Counted from the first letter of the stretch, positions 1-8,794 are shown. The stretch: 64,000 bases of DNA from an uncultured Clostridia bacterium (GCA_944336475.1 CALVLD010000008.1:799-64798); one strand, 5' to 3'. Notes: a model not told the origin generated them from the letters alone. Numbers and translations are program-made.

Positions 1-1
1 G

Positions 2-1159
2 CTCGAAGGCTACGCTGAGTACTATTCCGCAGAGCTTTCTGAGAAAATTCATCGTGGGCAAAAAGAAAATGCCCTTAAAGGGAAAAATAACGGCGGAGGT
101 ATTCCTCTTGGATACGTACTCGGCCCCGAACAGAAGCTTGTTCTTGACCCGATTACAGCTCCATTGGTGCAAGAGATTTTCCAAATATATGCTGACGGCG
201 AGATCGTTCGTACCATTGTTGAGGATTTTAATAAACGGGGGCTGAAAACAAAAAGCGGCAAGTCTTTTTCTTCGAATAGCTTCAACCGCATCTTGAAAAA
301 TCGCAAGTATATCGGTGAGTATCAGTATCAAGATGTGATTATCCCAGGTGGCGTCCCTGCCATCGTGTCCGAAGATATATTCTACCAAGTGCAGGCACGG
401 CTGGAGAAAAACAAACACGCTCCTGCAACCGCCAAAGCTGATGTGGATTATCTGCTGACCACCAAGCTGTTCTGCGGACATTGTGAGCGTATGATGGTCA
501 GCGAAAGCGGGACAAGCCATACAGGTGACAAGCACTATTATTACAAGTGCGGCGGAGCGAAACGAAAGAAGGATTGCAAGAAGAAATCCGTCAAGAAGGA
601 CTATATTGAACGAGCAGCCGTTGTGCTGACCGTCAATCGAGTACTCCAAGACGAGGAAATCAGCCGTATCGCTGACAGTATCATCTCCTTGCAGAACAGT
701 GAAGATACTACTGTACCGGCACTTAAAAAGCAGCTTGCCGAAACCGAACGTGGCATTGAAAACATGCTCAACGCCATCCAGCAGGGTATTCTTACATCCT
801 CTACAAAAGACCGTTTGGAAGCTCTGGAAAAGCAGAAAGAAGACTTGAAAATAGCTATTATGCAAGCAGAGCTGCAAAGGCCCAAATACACAAAAGAACA
901 AATCGTGAGCTGGATCAGCCAGTTCAAATACGGTGATGTGAACAGTCGAGAATATCAAAAGCGTATTATTGATACCTTTGTCAATGCGATTTTTCTGTTT
1001 GATGATTACCTCGCCATCACCTACAACTTCAAAGGCGGCACCGAAACAATTACTCTCAAAGACATCGAGGCTGTCTACGGTTCGGATTTGAACGCATTGT
1101 CTCCACCACGAAAAGGCTCTCTTTTGTCTAACGGAACAAGAGAGGGCTTTTTGTTTTGA
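2..1159 (+). CDS. Large serine recombinase, C-terminal ~385 aa (N-terminus outside window)
   Basis: The frame is open from the window edge (LEGYAEYYSAELSEKIHRGQKENALKGKNNGGGIPLGY...). It has a recombinase domain, the zinc-ribbon motif CGHCERMMVSESGTSHTGDKHYYYKCGG and a coiled-coil tail, typical of clostridial LSRs (TnpX-like). Confidence 0.85.
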   Translation, partial: LEGYAEYYSAELSEKIHRGQKENALKGKNNGGGIPLGYVLGPEQKLVLDPITAPLVQEIFQIYADGEIVRTIVEDFNKRGLKTKSGKSFSSNSFNRILKNRKYIGEYQYQDVIIPGGVPAIVSEDIFYQVQARLEKNKHAPATAKADVDYLLTTKLFCGHCERMMVSESGTSHTGDKHYYYKCGGAKRKKDCKKKSVKKDYIERAAVVLTVNRVLQDEEISRIADSIISLQNSEDTTVPALKKQLAETERGIENMLNAIQQGILTSSTKDRLEALEKQKEDLKIAIMQAELQRPKYTKEQIVSWISQFKYGDVNSREYQKRIIDTFVNAIFLFDDYLAITYNFKGGTETITLKDIEAVYGSDLNALSPPRKGSLLSNGTREGFLF

Positions 1160-1461
1160 AAGATTTATGGGGTTGAGGCACAACGTGCTTAACAAATTGC
1201 AATTTGAAATTCTACAAATTATGACCTTTTCATAGAGGTTATAGGCTATCAACAAAATCCTCCAAAAGCCTTGCAAATAAAGGATTTTTCGCAGTGTGCT
1301 CACCTTATCCCTTCATACGATTTCACAACATTTTATGCTTCCCTCGTGACCTTATAAGGGAAAAATCAAGGGAAGAAAAATCTCATAACAAGCTATAACA
1401 GGTTGTGGCAATCGGGAAACTGTGATGTATGTGCGAATATATTATACTGGAGGATTTTATA

Positions 1462-1839
1462 ATGGACAAGTACATTTACGATAACAGCAACGGCTTATGG
1501 TATGAATTACAGGGCGATTATTACATCCCTTGCCTGATACTTTCCGAAGAAGAAAAACAGCCTATCGGCTTATGGGGACAACGCCACAAAGAGTACCTAA
1601 AGGAACATAAACAATTCCTTTATGCCACAATGCTGATTGAGGGTACACTGAACTCCTACCTTGCAGATATTGACAGACATGCACAGGAGCGTTTGCTCCG
1701 ACTGACAAAGCAGATTGCAGAGCAGGAAAATGTGACCGAACAACTGAAAGCCTACAATGCTATGTTGTGGGTGAAGAAAATGAACGAAATCCAGTCCAGA
1801 GCAAGAGAAATTATTTACAGCGAGATTATCTACGCATAG
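1462..1839 (+). CDS. tnpV: TnpV-like transposon-associated protein
   Basis: MDKYIYDNSNGLWYELQGDYYIPCL...WGQRHKEYLKEHKQFLY...LNSYLADIDRHAQE matches my recollection of the TnpV family. GGAGG sits 7 nt upstream of the ATG at 1462, and the gene lies directly after the recombinase. Confidence 0.7.
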   Translation: MDKYIYDNSNGLWYELQGDYYIPCLILSEEEKQPIGLWGQRHKEYLKEHKQFLYATMLIEGTLNSYLADIDRHAQERLLRLTKQIAEQENVTEQLKAYNAMLWVKKMNEIQSRAREIIYSEIIYA

Positions 1840-1851
1840 TAAGTAGGGGTT

Positions 1852-1884
1852 AGGGCGGTAAGCCAGTCTTGTGCTTACCGCCCT
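1852..1884 (+). terminator. Perfect 12-bp stem hairpin after tnpV
   Basis: AGGGCGGTAAGC (1852-1863) pairs with GCTTACCGCCCT (1873-1884). The 3' U-tract is weak. Confidence 0.4.
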
Positions 1885-2009
1885 TATCTGCTCGTAAGCA
1901 AAATAAAGAAATACCGTCAATGGCAGTGCTTGCACTGTTCATCAAGAACATTGAAGGTATTTTATATATTTTATATTTTGCTATTGCTGTATAGATTTTT
2001 TGAAATACA

Positions 2010-2018
2010 TGGTATAAT
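2010..2018 (+). promoter_or_regulatory. Extended -10 element TGGTATAAT in an AT-rich region
   Basis: TGGTATAAT at 2010-2018, about 60 nt upstream of the small ORF at 2082. The -35 (TATAGA) is weak. Confidence 0.35.
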
Positions 2019-2081
2019 TTAAAGAAAAGTTTCTAAAGCAATGACTCTAAATTGTACAAATGGAAGGATGTGAGACATACT

Positions 2082-2168
2082 ATGAAGATTATCCGAATCG
2101 AAGCAAAAGAAGCTTCTACTGAACCAATGGGCTGCGGACAGTGCCATTGGGCAAAGCAGAGAGATTGA
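2082..2168 (+). CDS. 28-codon ORF MKIIRIEAKEASTEPMGCGQCHWAKQRD (candidate leader peptide or small exported peptide)
   Basis: ATG at 2082 with GGAAGGA 13 nt upstream and stop TGA at 2166-2168. It is below the ORF-track size cut-off and was found by eye. It lies between a promoter-like element and a hairpin upstream of an ABC exporter. Confidence 0.4.
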   Translation: MKIIRIEAKEASTEPMGCGQCHWAKQRD

Positions 2169-2177
2169 CCGATCAAC

Positions 2178-2224
2178 AAGGCCTGGCGAGCTTGTTCCTG
2201 CGATGTTCGCCAGGCCTTATTTCT
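2178..2224 (+). terminator. Intrinsic-terminator-like or attenuator hairpin between the small ORF and the ABC gene
   Basis: AAGGCCTGGCGA (2178-2189) pairs perfectly with TCGCCAGGCCTT (2207-2218), followed by ATTTCT. The 5' arm starts 10 nt after the small ORF stop. Confidence 0.5.
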
Positions 2225-2248
2225 ATAATGTAACCGGGGAGGTTCAGG

Positions 2249-3888
2249 ATGAAAAAGCTGTTAAGTTATTTGTATGGCGGTCAACGCTGGCGTTTTGCAG
2301 GTACCTTGCTTGTGACCATGATCAGCAACTTATTTGAAGTCATGCTGGCTTATGTTATGATGCAATGTGTGGATTTTGCCATGGAAGGCTCTTTGTCGCA
2401 GGCAACTTCTCTCGCCTTGTGGCTTGGCCTGTATTTGATTGTCTACTTTGCAACCGATTATTTTGCCCAAAGGCTGAAATGGAAAACCCTGCAAAATGCC
2501 CAGACCAATCTTCGCAATGACATTGCCAAAAAATGTTGTCCTTGCCAAGCGACCGCTTCCACAAGAAAAATACCGGCGGTTGGCTGGCTGTGCTTGGAAA
2601 TCAGTGTGACATGATTGAAGAATCCTATTTCAAAATATGGTTTGGAATTTTTTCTGATGCTTTCATGTTCTTGGTCAGCTCTGTTATGCTTTGCTTCGTT
2701 TCTCCGTGGCTTGCGCTCTTTGTTTTTGTAACGGCGGCAATCCAGATGATTGTCCCCAAAGTAATGGGGCCGCTGATTTCCAAAAGAAAGTCCGTACAAA
2801 AGGAAGCGGCGGAGGACTTCACAGTAACGGCAACGGAGCATTTGAATGGCTTTGACTTATTAAAGAGCTTTAATTTGACGGCACAATCGCTTCAGGCAAT
2901 CAGCACCTCCAACCAACGGTGGGAGAAAGCAAAGTTCGGCACCAGAATGTGCACCTCCACGGCGCGACTGCTGTCTTTTACATTTGGTCAGATCCTGTAT
3001 GTGGGAATCTTCTTTTTTGGCGCTTTGCTGACGATTTCAGGCGCTATGACGGTGGGCATGATGATCATAGCATCCCAGCTGGTTGTATATATTGCTTCGC
3101 CCCTGCAAACCCTGAGCGAGGACATTACGGAAGTCAAGAGCGTAAAATCCCTGATTGAATCCCTGCGGGAGGATTTGTCCAGCGAGGAAGCGGCGGCAAG
3201 AGAAGCCGCCCAACTGCCGGAAACGTTTGAGAAAATCCAATTTGAAAACGTTTCTTTCTCCTATGACGACGCGCAAATTTTTGATAATATGCACGCCGAT
3301 ATTATCCGGGGAAAGAAATACCTGCTGTGCGGCCCGTCCGGCAGCGGAAAATCCACGTTTGTAAAGCTTATGACGGGAGCGGAATGTCCCGGCAGCGGGC
3401 GAATATCCATCGATGGCATAGATATTTGCGCCTTGGCTCCCGAACAGCTTGCCCGCTTTATCCTGCCTTGCGCACAGAGCACCTTTATTTTTAATGCATC
3501 CTTGCGGGACAATGTTACCTTGTTTGACAGCCGATTTTCAGATGAGGCCATTATCGCCGCGCTGAAATCCGTTGAATTTACTTACCTGCTGGAACGCTAC
3601 GACGACGGGCTGGATCATATGATTTCCCAGGGAGGGCAGACCCTGTCCGGCGGCGAGCGGCAAAAAATTGCACTGGCTCGGATGGAGCTTTTCAACCCGC
3701 CTGTCGTAATCTTTGACGAGAGCTTTGCGAACTTGGATGCGGCAACCGCTCAGCGCTTGACAGAACTGGTTACTGCAAATAAAGACCGAACGGTAATCGT
3801 TGTTGCGCACCAAATTTCAGAGCAGACTGCCCGGCTCTTTGATAAACGGATCATGATTGACAATGCAAAAATTCATATTGAGGATTAA
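2249..3888 (+). pseudogene. ABC exporter (fused permease + ATPase, MdlB/MsbA type) interrupted by a frameshift
   Basis: Two overlapping ORFs (2249-2614 and 2533-3888) together give one TMD-NBD protein with Walker A GPSGSGKST, signature LSGGERQK and Walker B VVIFDE. The frames join if the A6 run at 2528-2533 were A7 (…NDIAKK|MLSLPSDRFHKKNTGGW…). Confidence 0.75.
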
Positions 3889-3892
3889 ATTT

Positions 3893-4102
3893 ATGGAAAA
3901 AGCGTTTGCATATTCATTTAAAGACTCTTCACTGCCTGAAAAGTGTATTAATTGCTATGATTTTCCATATTGCGGAGGGCCAAAACCTTGCGATACTTTG
4001 GAATGCACTGGCCTTTATAGAAAAAAAGATGCTGCCCGAGACAGAATAATTGCTTATATAGAATTGAATGAATTATTACAGCCCTACCTGCCGCAGTTGT
4101 AA
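3893..4102 (+). CDS. Small Cys-rich protein (69 aa) with a SPASM-like motif
   Basis: MEKAFAYSFKDSSLPEKCINCYDFPYCGGPKPCDTLEC... gives Cx2Cx5CGGx3Cx4C. GAGGA lies 8 nt upstream of the ATG, 4 nt after the ABC stop. Confidence 0.4.
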   Translation: MEKAFAYSFKDSSLPEKCINCYDFPYCGGPKPCDTLECTGLYRKKDAARDRIIAYIELNELLQPYLPQL

Positions 4103-4697
4103 AACATAAGGGTTTGGTCGTAAGCGTCAAACCCACCAGCGTATCAATTGCCAGGCCACCGATTTTGTGGTGGCCCGGCAATATCTTATCAGTAAATATC
4201 TGTTTTGGGTGCAGCACCAAGGAATTCATCTACAGCATCCGAGACCGCCTGAAGCCTGTATTGCGGCCGAACCGGGTGTTCCTGGAAAATCTGGAGGTGA
4301 TCCGAAACGCTGCTGGAGAGCCCCTGGTTTGGGTGCTTCTGGCAAATAAGGTTTAGTCCGCCATATATCGCTGTATCTACCTGTTGGAGTCGGCCCGGGC
4401 CACCTCCAAAGAGCATGTCAATGGGATTTTTAACCGGGTATTTTGGCGTCTGGATAAGCGGGATGAGAGCTATTACCTTTCAGGCTAAGACTGGGAGTCA
4501 GGGAAGCCCTGGCCGGAAAAAGATCCCCGTTTTGTCATCTGCCAACAAGACCGCAACGCCAAGACCTAAAAACACGATGATTTGAGCCTGCGGCGGCGGA
4601 ACGGTGGCTGACGCAGAGGAGTCTGCTATAACGCAGGCGCTCAATAACCACTTGTTGATAAACAAATGTACTGGAATTTGTAAAGGAGGCAAAATTC

Positions 4698-5285
4698 TTG
4701 AACACTCCTAAGATAGAAACAAAACGATTGATTTTAAGAAGATTTACAGAAGCGGATATCGGTGCGCTTTTCCTCATACTCGGGGATGAAGAAGTTAATG
4801 AATTTTTACCATGGTTTCCGATGAAAAGTTTAGAGGAAACAAGAAAATTTTATGAGGAAAACTTTGCGTCAGATTACAAAAAACCATGTGCATACAGGTA
4901 TGCTGTTTGTTTGAAAGACGACAATGTCCCGATAGGATATATCGTTGTCAGTACTGATGACCGCTATGAATTAGGATATGGCTTAAGGAAAGAGTTCTGG
5001 CATAGAGGAATTGCAACAGAAGCCGGTAAAGCTGTTGTTGAACAGTTGCGAAGAGATAAAATCCCCTACATAATAGCCACACACGACATCAACAATCTCC
5101 GTAGCGGAGGAGTAATGAAACAAATCGGCATGGAATATCGGTATTCTTATGAAGAACGGGTAAAGCCCAAAAATTTGACGGTCACTTTCCGAATGTATCA
5201 ATTAAATATTGACGGTAATAACAGCAGAGTTTATCAGAAATTTTGGGAGGATGCATCTGTCCGTTTCATAGAAGAAGGCGTATAA
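4698..5285 (+). CDS. GNAT family N-acetyltransferase (RimJ/RimL-like)
   Basis: IETKRLILRRFTEADIGALFLILGDEEV... and ...GYGLRKEFWHRGIATEAGKAVV. TTG start with AAAGGAGG 8 nt upstream. Confidence 0.85.
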   Translation: MNTPKIETKRLILRRFTEADIGALFLILGDEEVNEFLPWFPMKSLEETRKFYEENFASDYKKPCAYRYAVCLKDDNVPIGYIVVSTDDRYELGYGLRKEFWHRGIATEAGKAVVEQLRRDKIPYIIATHDINNLRSGGVMKQIGMEYRYSYEERVKPKNLTVTFRMYQLNIDGNNSRVYQKFWEDASVRFIEEGV

Positions 5286-5454
5286 ATTTCGAGCTGTTCC
5301 TGCGTGCTTTTGCTTACGTTTTACCTGCTTCCGCGCGCTTTGATAGCCCCTTTGGCGCATAAGGAAATTGATTTTGATGCAAAGCCATCGCCATTTTCGC
5401 GCATGTGTACACGCGCTAAATTTTCTGCAGACTTCTTCTGCCCTTTGGCGCCGA

Positions 5455-5483
5455 TTGAAAAAACAGCGCTTGTGTGGTATAAT
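5455..5483 (+). promoter_or_regulatory. Sigma-70-type promoter: TTGAAA, 17-nt spacer, TATAAT with TG extension
   Basis: TTGAAA 5455-5460 and TGGTATAAT ending at 5483. This implies a ~160-nt leader before the DMT transporter gene. Confidence 0.5.
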
Positions 5484-5649
5484 CAGTAAGAGAGGAAATG
5501 GCGATGAAGAGAAAATTCTACTTTTGGAGAATGGCAGGGGGATTATGCCATTATAAATAATCAAAAATGACGTTGCCATTCGGATCCAACAGGGTTCTGT
5601 CTGTCCCTGAGCGGAGCTTACCCGGAGCATAACAGATTCAGGAGATGAT

Positions 5650-6648
5650 ATGAGAGAGAAAAAAACTGCGACTGTTTTTGCAATCTTAGCGGCGGCACTA
5701 TACGCCCTCAATGTGCCGTTTTCAAAATTGCTGATGGAAAAGGTTACGCCCACTGTGCTTGCCGGGCTTCTATATCTTGGAGCCGGAATCGGTATGGGCA
5801 TCGTTCTTGGCGCTAAAAAACTTTGCAACAAGCTGGCCGACGAGCAATGGCTCACCAAGAAGGATCTGCCCTATACGATCGCCATGGTGGTTCTTGATAT
5901 AGCGGCGCCGGTTTTTCTGATGTTCGGCATTGCAAATACAAGCTCAGCAAATGTGTCCCTGCTGAATAACTTTGAAATCGTGGCAACTTCTCTGATCGCT
6001 CTATTGATCTTCAAAGAGAAAATCTCAAAGAAACTATGGAGCGCCATATTGTTAGTCGTTGCATCCAGCGTTATTTTGAGCTTTGAAGGAACAGGCTCAT
6101 TCGAGTTTAATACCGGTTCACTGTTTGTCCTTGCCGCCTGCCTGTGTTGGGGCATCGAGAATAACTGCACACGAAGCATATCCGATAAGAGTTCGGAAGA
6201 GATCGTTTTGATCAAAGGGATCTTTTCGGGGCTTGGCGGCTTGGTGATTGCTTTCATTATCGGTGAAAGACTGCCGGGCCTTCCTTATGTACTGGCTGTC
6301 ATGCTTCTTGGCTTTGTATCCTACGGCCTCAGCATCAATTTTTATATCATGGCGCAAAAATATTTGGGGGCGGCAAAGACCAGTGCATTTTACTCAATAG
6401 CACCTTTCCTTGGCGTCGGCTTCAGCTTTATCATTTTGGGAGAGCAGCCCAAGATATCTTTTTATATTGCGCTTGCCATCATGATGGTTGCAACGCTGAT
6501 CATGATGAAGGACACCCTCGGTAATGAAAAACTGTACAACGGCTATCTGCATACCCACAAACACAGGCATGGCAACATTGAACATACCCACGAGCATCGG
6601 CACTTTGTGTATAATCCGATGCACATACATAGCCATTCGCATCGTTAG
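5650..6648 (+). CDS. EamA/DMT-superfamily transporter with a His-rich C-terminal tail
   Basis: About ten hydrophobic segments arranged like a duplicated EamA domain. The tail reads HTHKHRHGNIEHTHEHRHFVYNPMHIHSHSHR. Confidence 0.8.
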   Translation: MREKKTATVFAILAAALYALNVPFSKLLMEKVTPTVLAGLLYLGAGIGMGIVLGAKKLCNKLADEQWLTKKDLPYTIAMVVLDIAAPVFLMFGIANTSSANVSLLNNFEIVATSLIALLIFKEKISKKLWSAILLVVASSVILSFEGTGSFEFNTGSLFVLAACLCWGIENNCTRSISDKSSEEIVLIKGIFSGLGGLVIAFIIGERLPGLPYVLAVMLLGFVSYGLSINFYIMAQKYLGAAKTSAFYSIAPFLGVGFSFIILGEQPKISFYIALAIMMVATLIMMKDTLGNEKLYNGYLHTHKHRHGNIEHTHEHRHFVYNPMHIHSHSHR

Positions 6649-6938
6649 CGCAACGGCAGCGCCGCTTTTTGAATTTGGTAAAGGGGACGGAACTGACCCT
6701 TCCATCCGAGAGATACAGGCGACAGGCGCAGCGGTTTGCCGATAGCATTGAAGAGCATCATAAACTGTGTTCTTCCCCAAGAAGCGCCGTGCGGCATTAC
6801 CCATATGATGATACTTGTGAGCGTGACCGTCGACTCATGGCATTGGCGGGGCTGCGCCACGGGAAGGCCGCACATCGTTTCAGAACCGGCGCCCTGCAAA
6901 TGAAACCAATGCGATGGGCCGCTAAAAAACGAGACGGT

Positions 6939-6967
6939 TTGACAAAGCCTGCGGCATATGTTAGAGT
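6939..6967 (+). promoter_or_regulatory. Promoter-like TTGACA, 17-nt spacer, TAGAGT upstream of the nhaC-like gene
   Basis: TTGACA 6939-6944 and TAGAGT 6962-6967. Confidence 0.35.
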
Positions 6968-7050
6968 GACGACAGGGCTTTGTTGCGCAGGATGGCAGAT
7001 ATGCCGTTTTGCGAGCTTTTTTGAGGTGTGAAAGGATTGCGTATTGCGGC

Positions 7051-8715
7051 ATGAAAGCTAAACTAAAGCGCATAATACTGTCGGCAATGGCGCTGGCGGT
7101 GTGCGTTGCCGTGGGCGTGGCATGGTCTCGCATGGAGCCCATCGGTACGGACGAGGGTATGTTCTACGGCACCGCATGGGCGCTGTTCCCTCCTATCGTG
7201 GCGATATTCCTTGCGCTCATCACAAAGGAGGTCTATTCCTCGCTGTTCATCGGCATACTTGTAGGTGCGTTTATGAGCAGCGAGCTCAGCCTGATAGGCA
7301 TGGTGACGCACTCCATCGACATAATAAGCTCAAGGCTGGGCGACAATGGCGGAATAATAATATTCCTTATATGTCTGGGCATAATCGTTTCCATGATGAC
7401 GACCTCCGGATGCTCACGGGCATTCGGCATATGGGCGTCCCGATTCATAAAGTCCAAGCGCAGTCTGCTCATAGGCGCTACCGTGATGGGCATATTCTTC
7501 TGCATCGATGACTATTTCAACGCCCTCACGATAGGTAATGTCGTAAGGCCCATCACCGATAACCACAGGGTCAGCCGTGCACGCCTTGCCTACAATGTGG
7601 ATTGCACATCCGCTCCGCTGTGCATAATAATGCCGATTTCGAGCTGGGCCGCCGCAGTGGCGTCCTATATCCCCCCAGAGGTGGAGGCGGACGGGTTCAG
7701 CCTGTTCTTAAGGACGATACCGTTCAACCTGTATGCGATACTCACCCTCACCATGCTCATTGCGCTTGCGGTGCTTCGATTCGACTTCGGCCCCATGCGC
7801 AGTTATGAATACCTTGCGGAAAAAAAGGGGGACATATACGGCGGTACCGGCAACCTATATGAAAACATGGACAACATGGGGGAGAGCTCCAACGGTCGGG
7901 CGCTCGATATGATACTCCCGGTTGTCGTACTGATGCTCAGCTGCCTCGGCGGTCTTTTGTATACGGGCGGCTTCTTTGACGGTGCCGGCTTTATCGAAGC
8001 GTTCGGTGCATGCGATGCCGGCCTCGGCCTACCCATCGGCGGGCTTATAGCGCTTGCGTTTACCGCAGTGTTCTACCTTGCGCGCAGGATAATAACCATG
8101 CGCCAATTCGCAGAATGTATACCGAACGGTGCAGTTGCTATGGCTCCGGCGCTGTTCATACTCACTCTGTCCTGGGGCATTGAGAGCGTGTGCAGGGAGA
8201 GCCTCGGCGCATCCTTGTTCGTGCAGGGCATGTTTGCCGACAGCAGCTTCCCCATGTTCATACTGCCTGCGGTGCTGTATCTGTTGGGAACGGGCGTTTC
8301 GTTTGCGACGGGCACATCGTGGGGTACGTTCGGCATACTCATACCCATCACGTTTGCGATATTCGGCTTTGAGGTGACCGAGCTTTGCATGATATGCCTT
8401 GCAGCGACGCTTGCCGGCGCCGTTACGGGGGATCACTGCTCGCCCATATCCGAGACGGCGATAATGTCCGCTACGGCGGCACAGGTGGACTTCATGACCC
8501 ACGTTATGACGCAGCTTCCGTATACGCTGTTTACCGCGGCCATATGTCTTGTGGGCTTTGTCCTCGCAGGGCTTATACAGCACTGGATAGTCACACCGAT
8601 AATGATGGCGGTCATAGTCGCAGCGCTCATGCTTACAAAGAAGATAGTGGCGAAAAAACCCGTAAAGATAAGGTATGTGAGCAAAAACATACGGCCGGAT
8701 GCCATTCGGGAATGA
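7051..8715 (+). CDS. Na+/H+ antiporter NhaC-family membrane protein
   Basis: A polytopic membrane protein of 554 aa from the ATG at 7051 (MKAKLKRIILSAMALAV...), recognised as NhaC-like. The ORF-track TTG at 7009 is a less likely start. Confidence 0.75.
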   Translation: MKAKLKRIILSAMALAVCVAVGVAWSRMEPIGTDEGMFYGTAWALFPPIVAIFLALITKEVYSSLFIGILVGAFMSSELSLIGMVTHSIDIISSRLGDNGGIIIFLICLGIIVSMMTTSGCSRAFGIWASRFIKSKRSLLIGATVMGIFFCIDDYFNALTIGNVVRPITDNHRVSRARLAYNVDCTSAPLCIIMPISSWAAAVASYIPPEVEADGFSLFLRTIPFNLYAILTLTMLIALAVLRFDFGPMRSYEYLAEKKGDIYGGTGNLYENMDNMGESSNGRALDMILPVVVLMLSCLGGLLYTGGFFDGAGFIEAFGACDAGLGLPIGGLIALAFTAVFYLARRIITMRQFAECIPNGAVAMAPALFILTLSWGIESVCRESLGASLFVQGMFADSSFPMFILPAVLYLLGTGVSFATGTSWGTFGILIPITFAIFGFEVTELCMICLAATLAGAVTGDHCSPISETAIMSATAAQVDFMTHVMTQLPYTLFTAAICLVGFVLAGLIQHWIVTPIMMAVIVAALMLTKKIVAKKPVKIRYVSKNIRPDAIRE

Positions 8716-8794
8716 AACAACAGAACAGGCTAGCTCCGCAGCGAGGCCTCGCCGCGGAGATTCAGACCGTCAACAAAGCGGATTGACAGAAGCC

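Larger units (their letters stand above)
1..6660. mobile_element. Putative integrated element or island remnant with a Tn4451-like layout (recombinase then tnpV then cargo). The left end lies outside the window and the right boundary is only approximate.
   Basis: A large serine recombinase and TnpV-like gene sit at the left. GC is visibly lower and Ile codons are mostly ATT/ATC, against ATA-rich high-GC genes from 7051 onward. The region also holds decayed genes (frameshifted ABC, unassignable debris 4103-4697). No att or terminal repeats identified. Confidence 0.4.

Noticed and set aside
5501-5563. A 20-codon ORF (MAMKRKFYFWRMAGGLCHYK) in the EamA leader as a leader peptide.
   Set aside because: The only purine-rich stretch is 2 nt from the ATG, too close for an RBS, and no terminator is coupled to its stop. 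The leader is reported only as a structured-RNA candidate.
5202-5858. A 218-aa minus-strand ORF spanning the GNAT-EamA intergenic region.
   Set aside because: It overlaps the ends of two well-supported plus-strand genes and the strong promoter at 5455-5483. The translation is featureless.
6645-7142. ORFs of 120-165 aa on both strands in the EamA-nhaC gap (6669-7031 plus, 6645-7142 minus).
   Set aside because: They overlap each other, have no RBS or family resemblance, and one overlaps the nhaC start and its promoter. The segment is treated as the island/core junction region.
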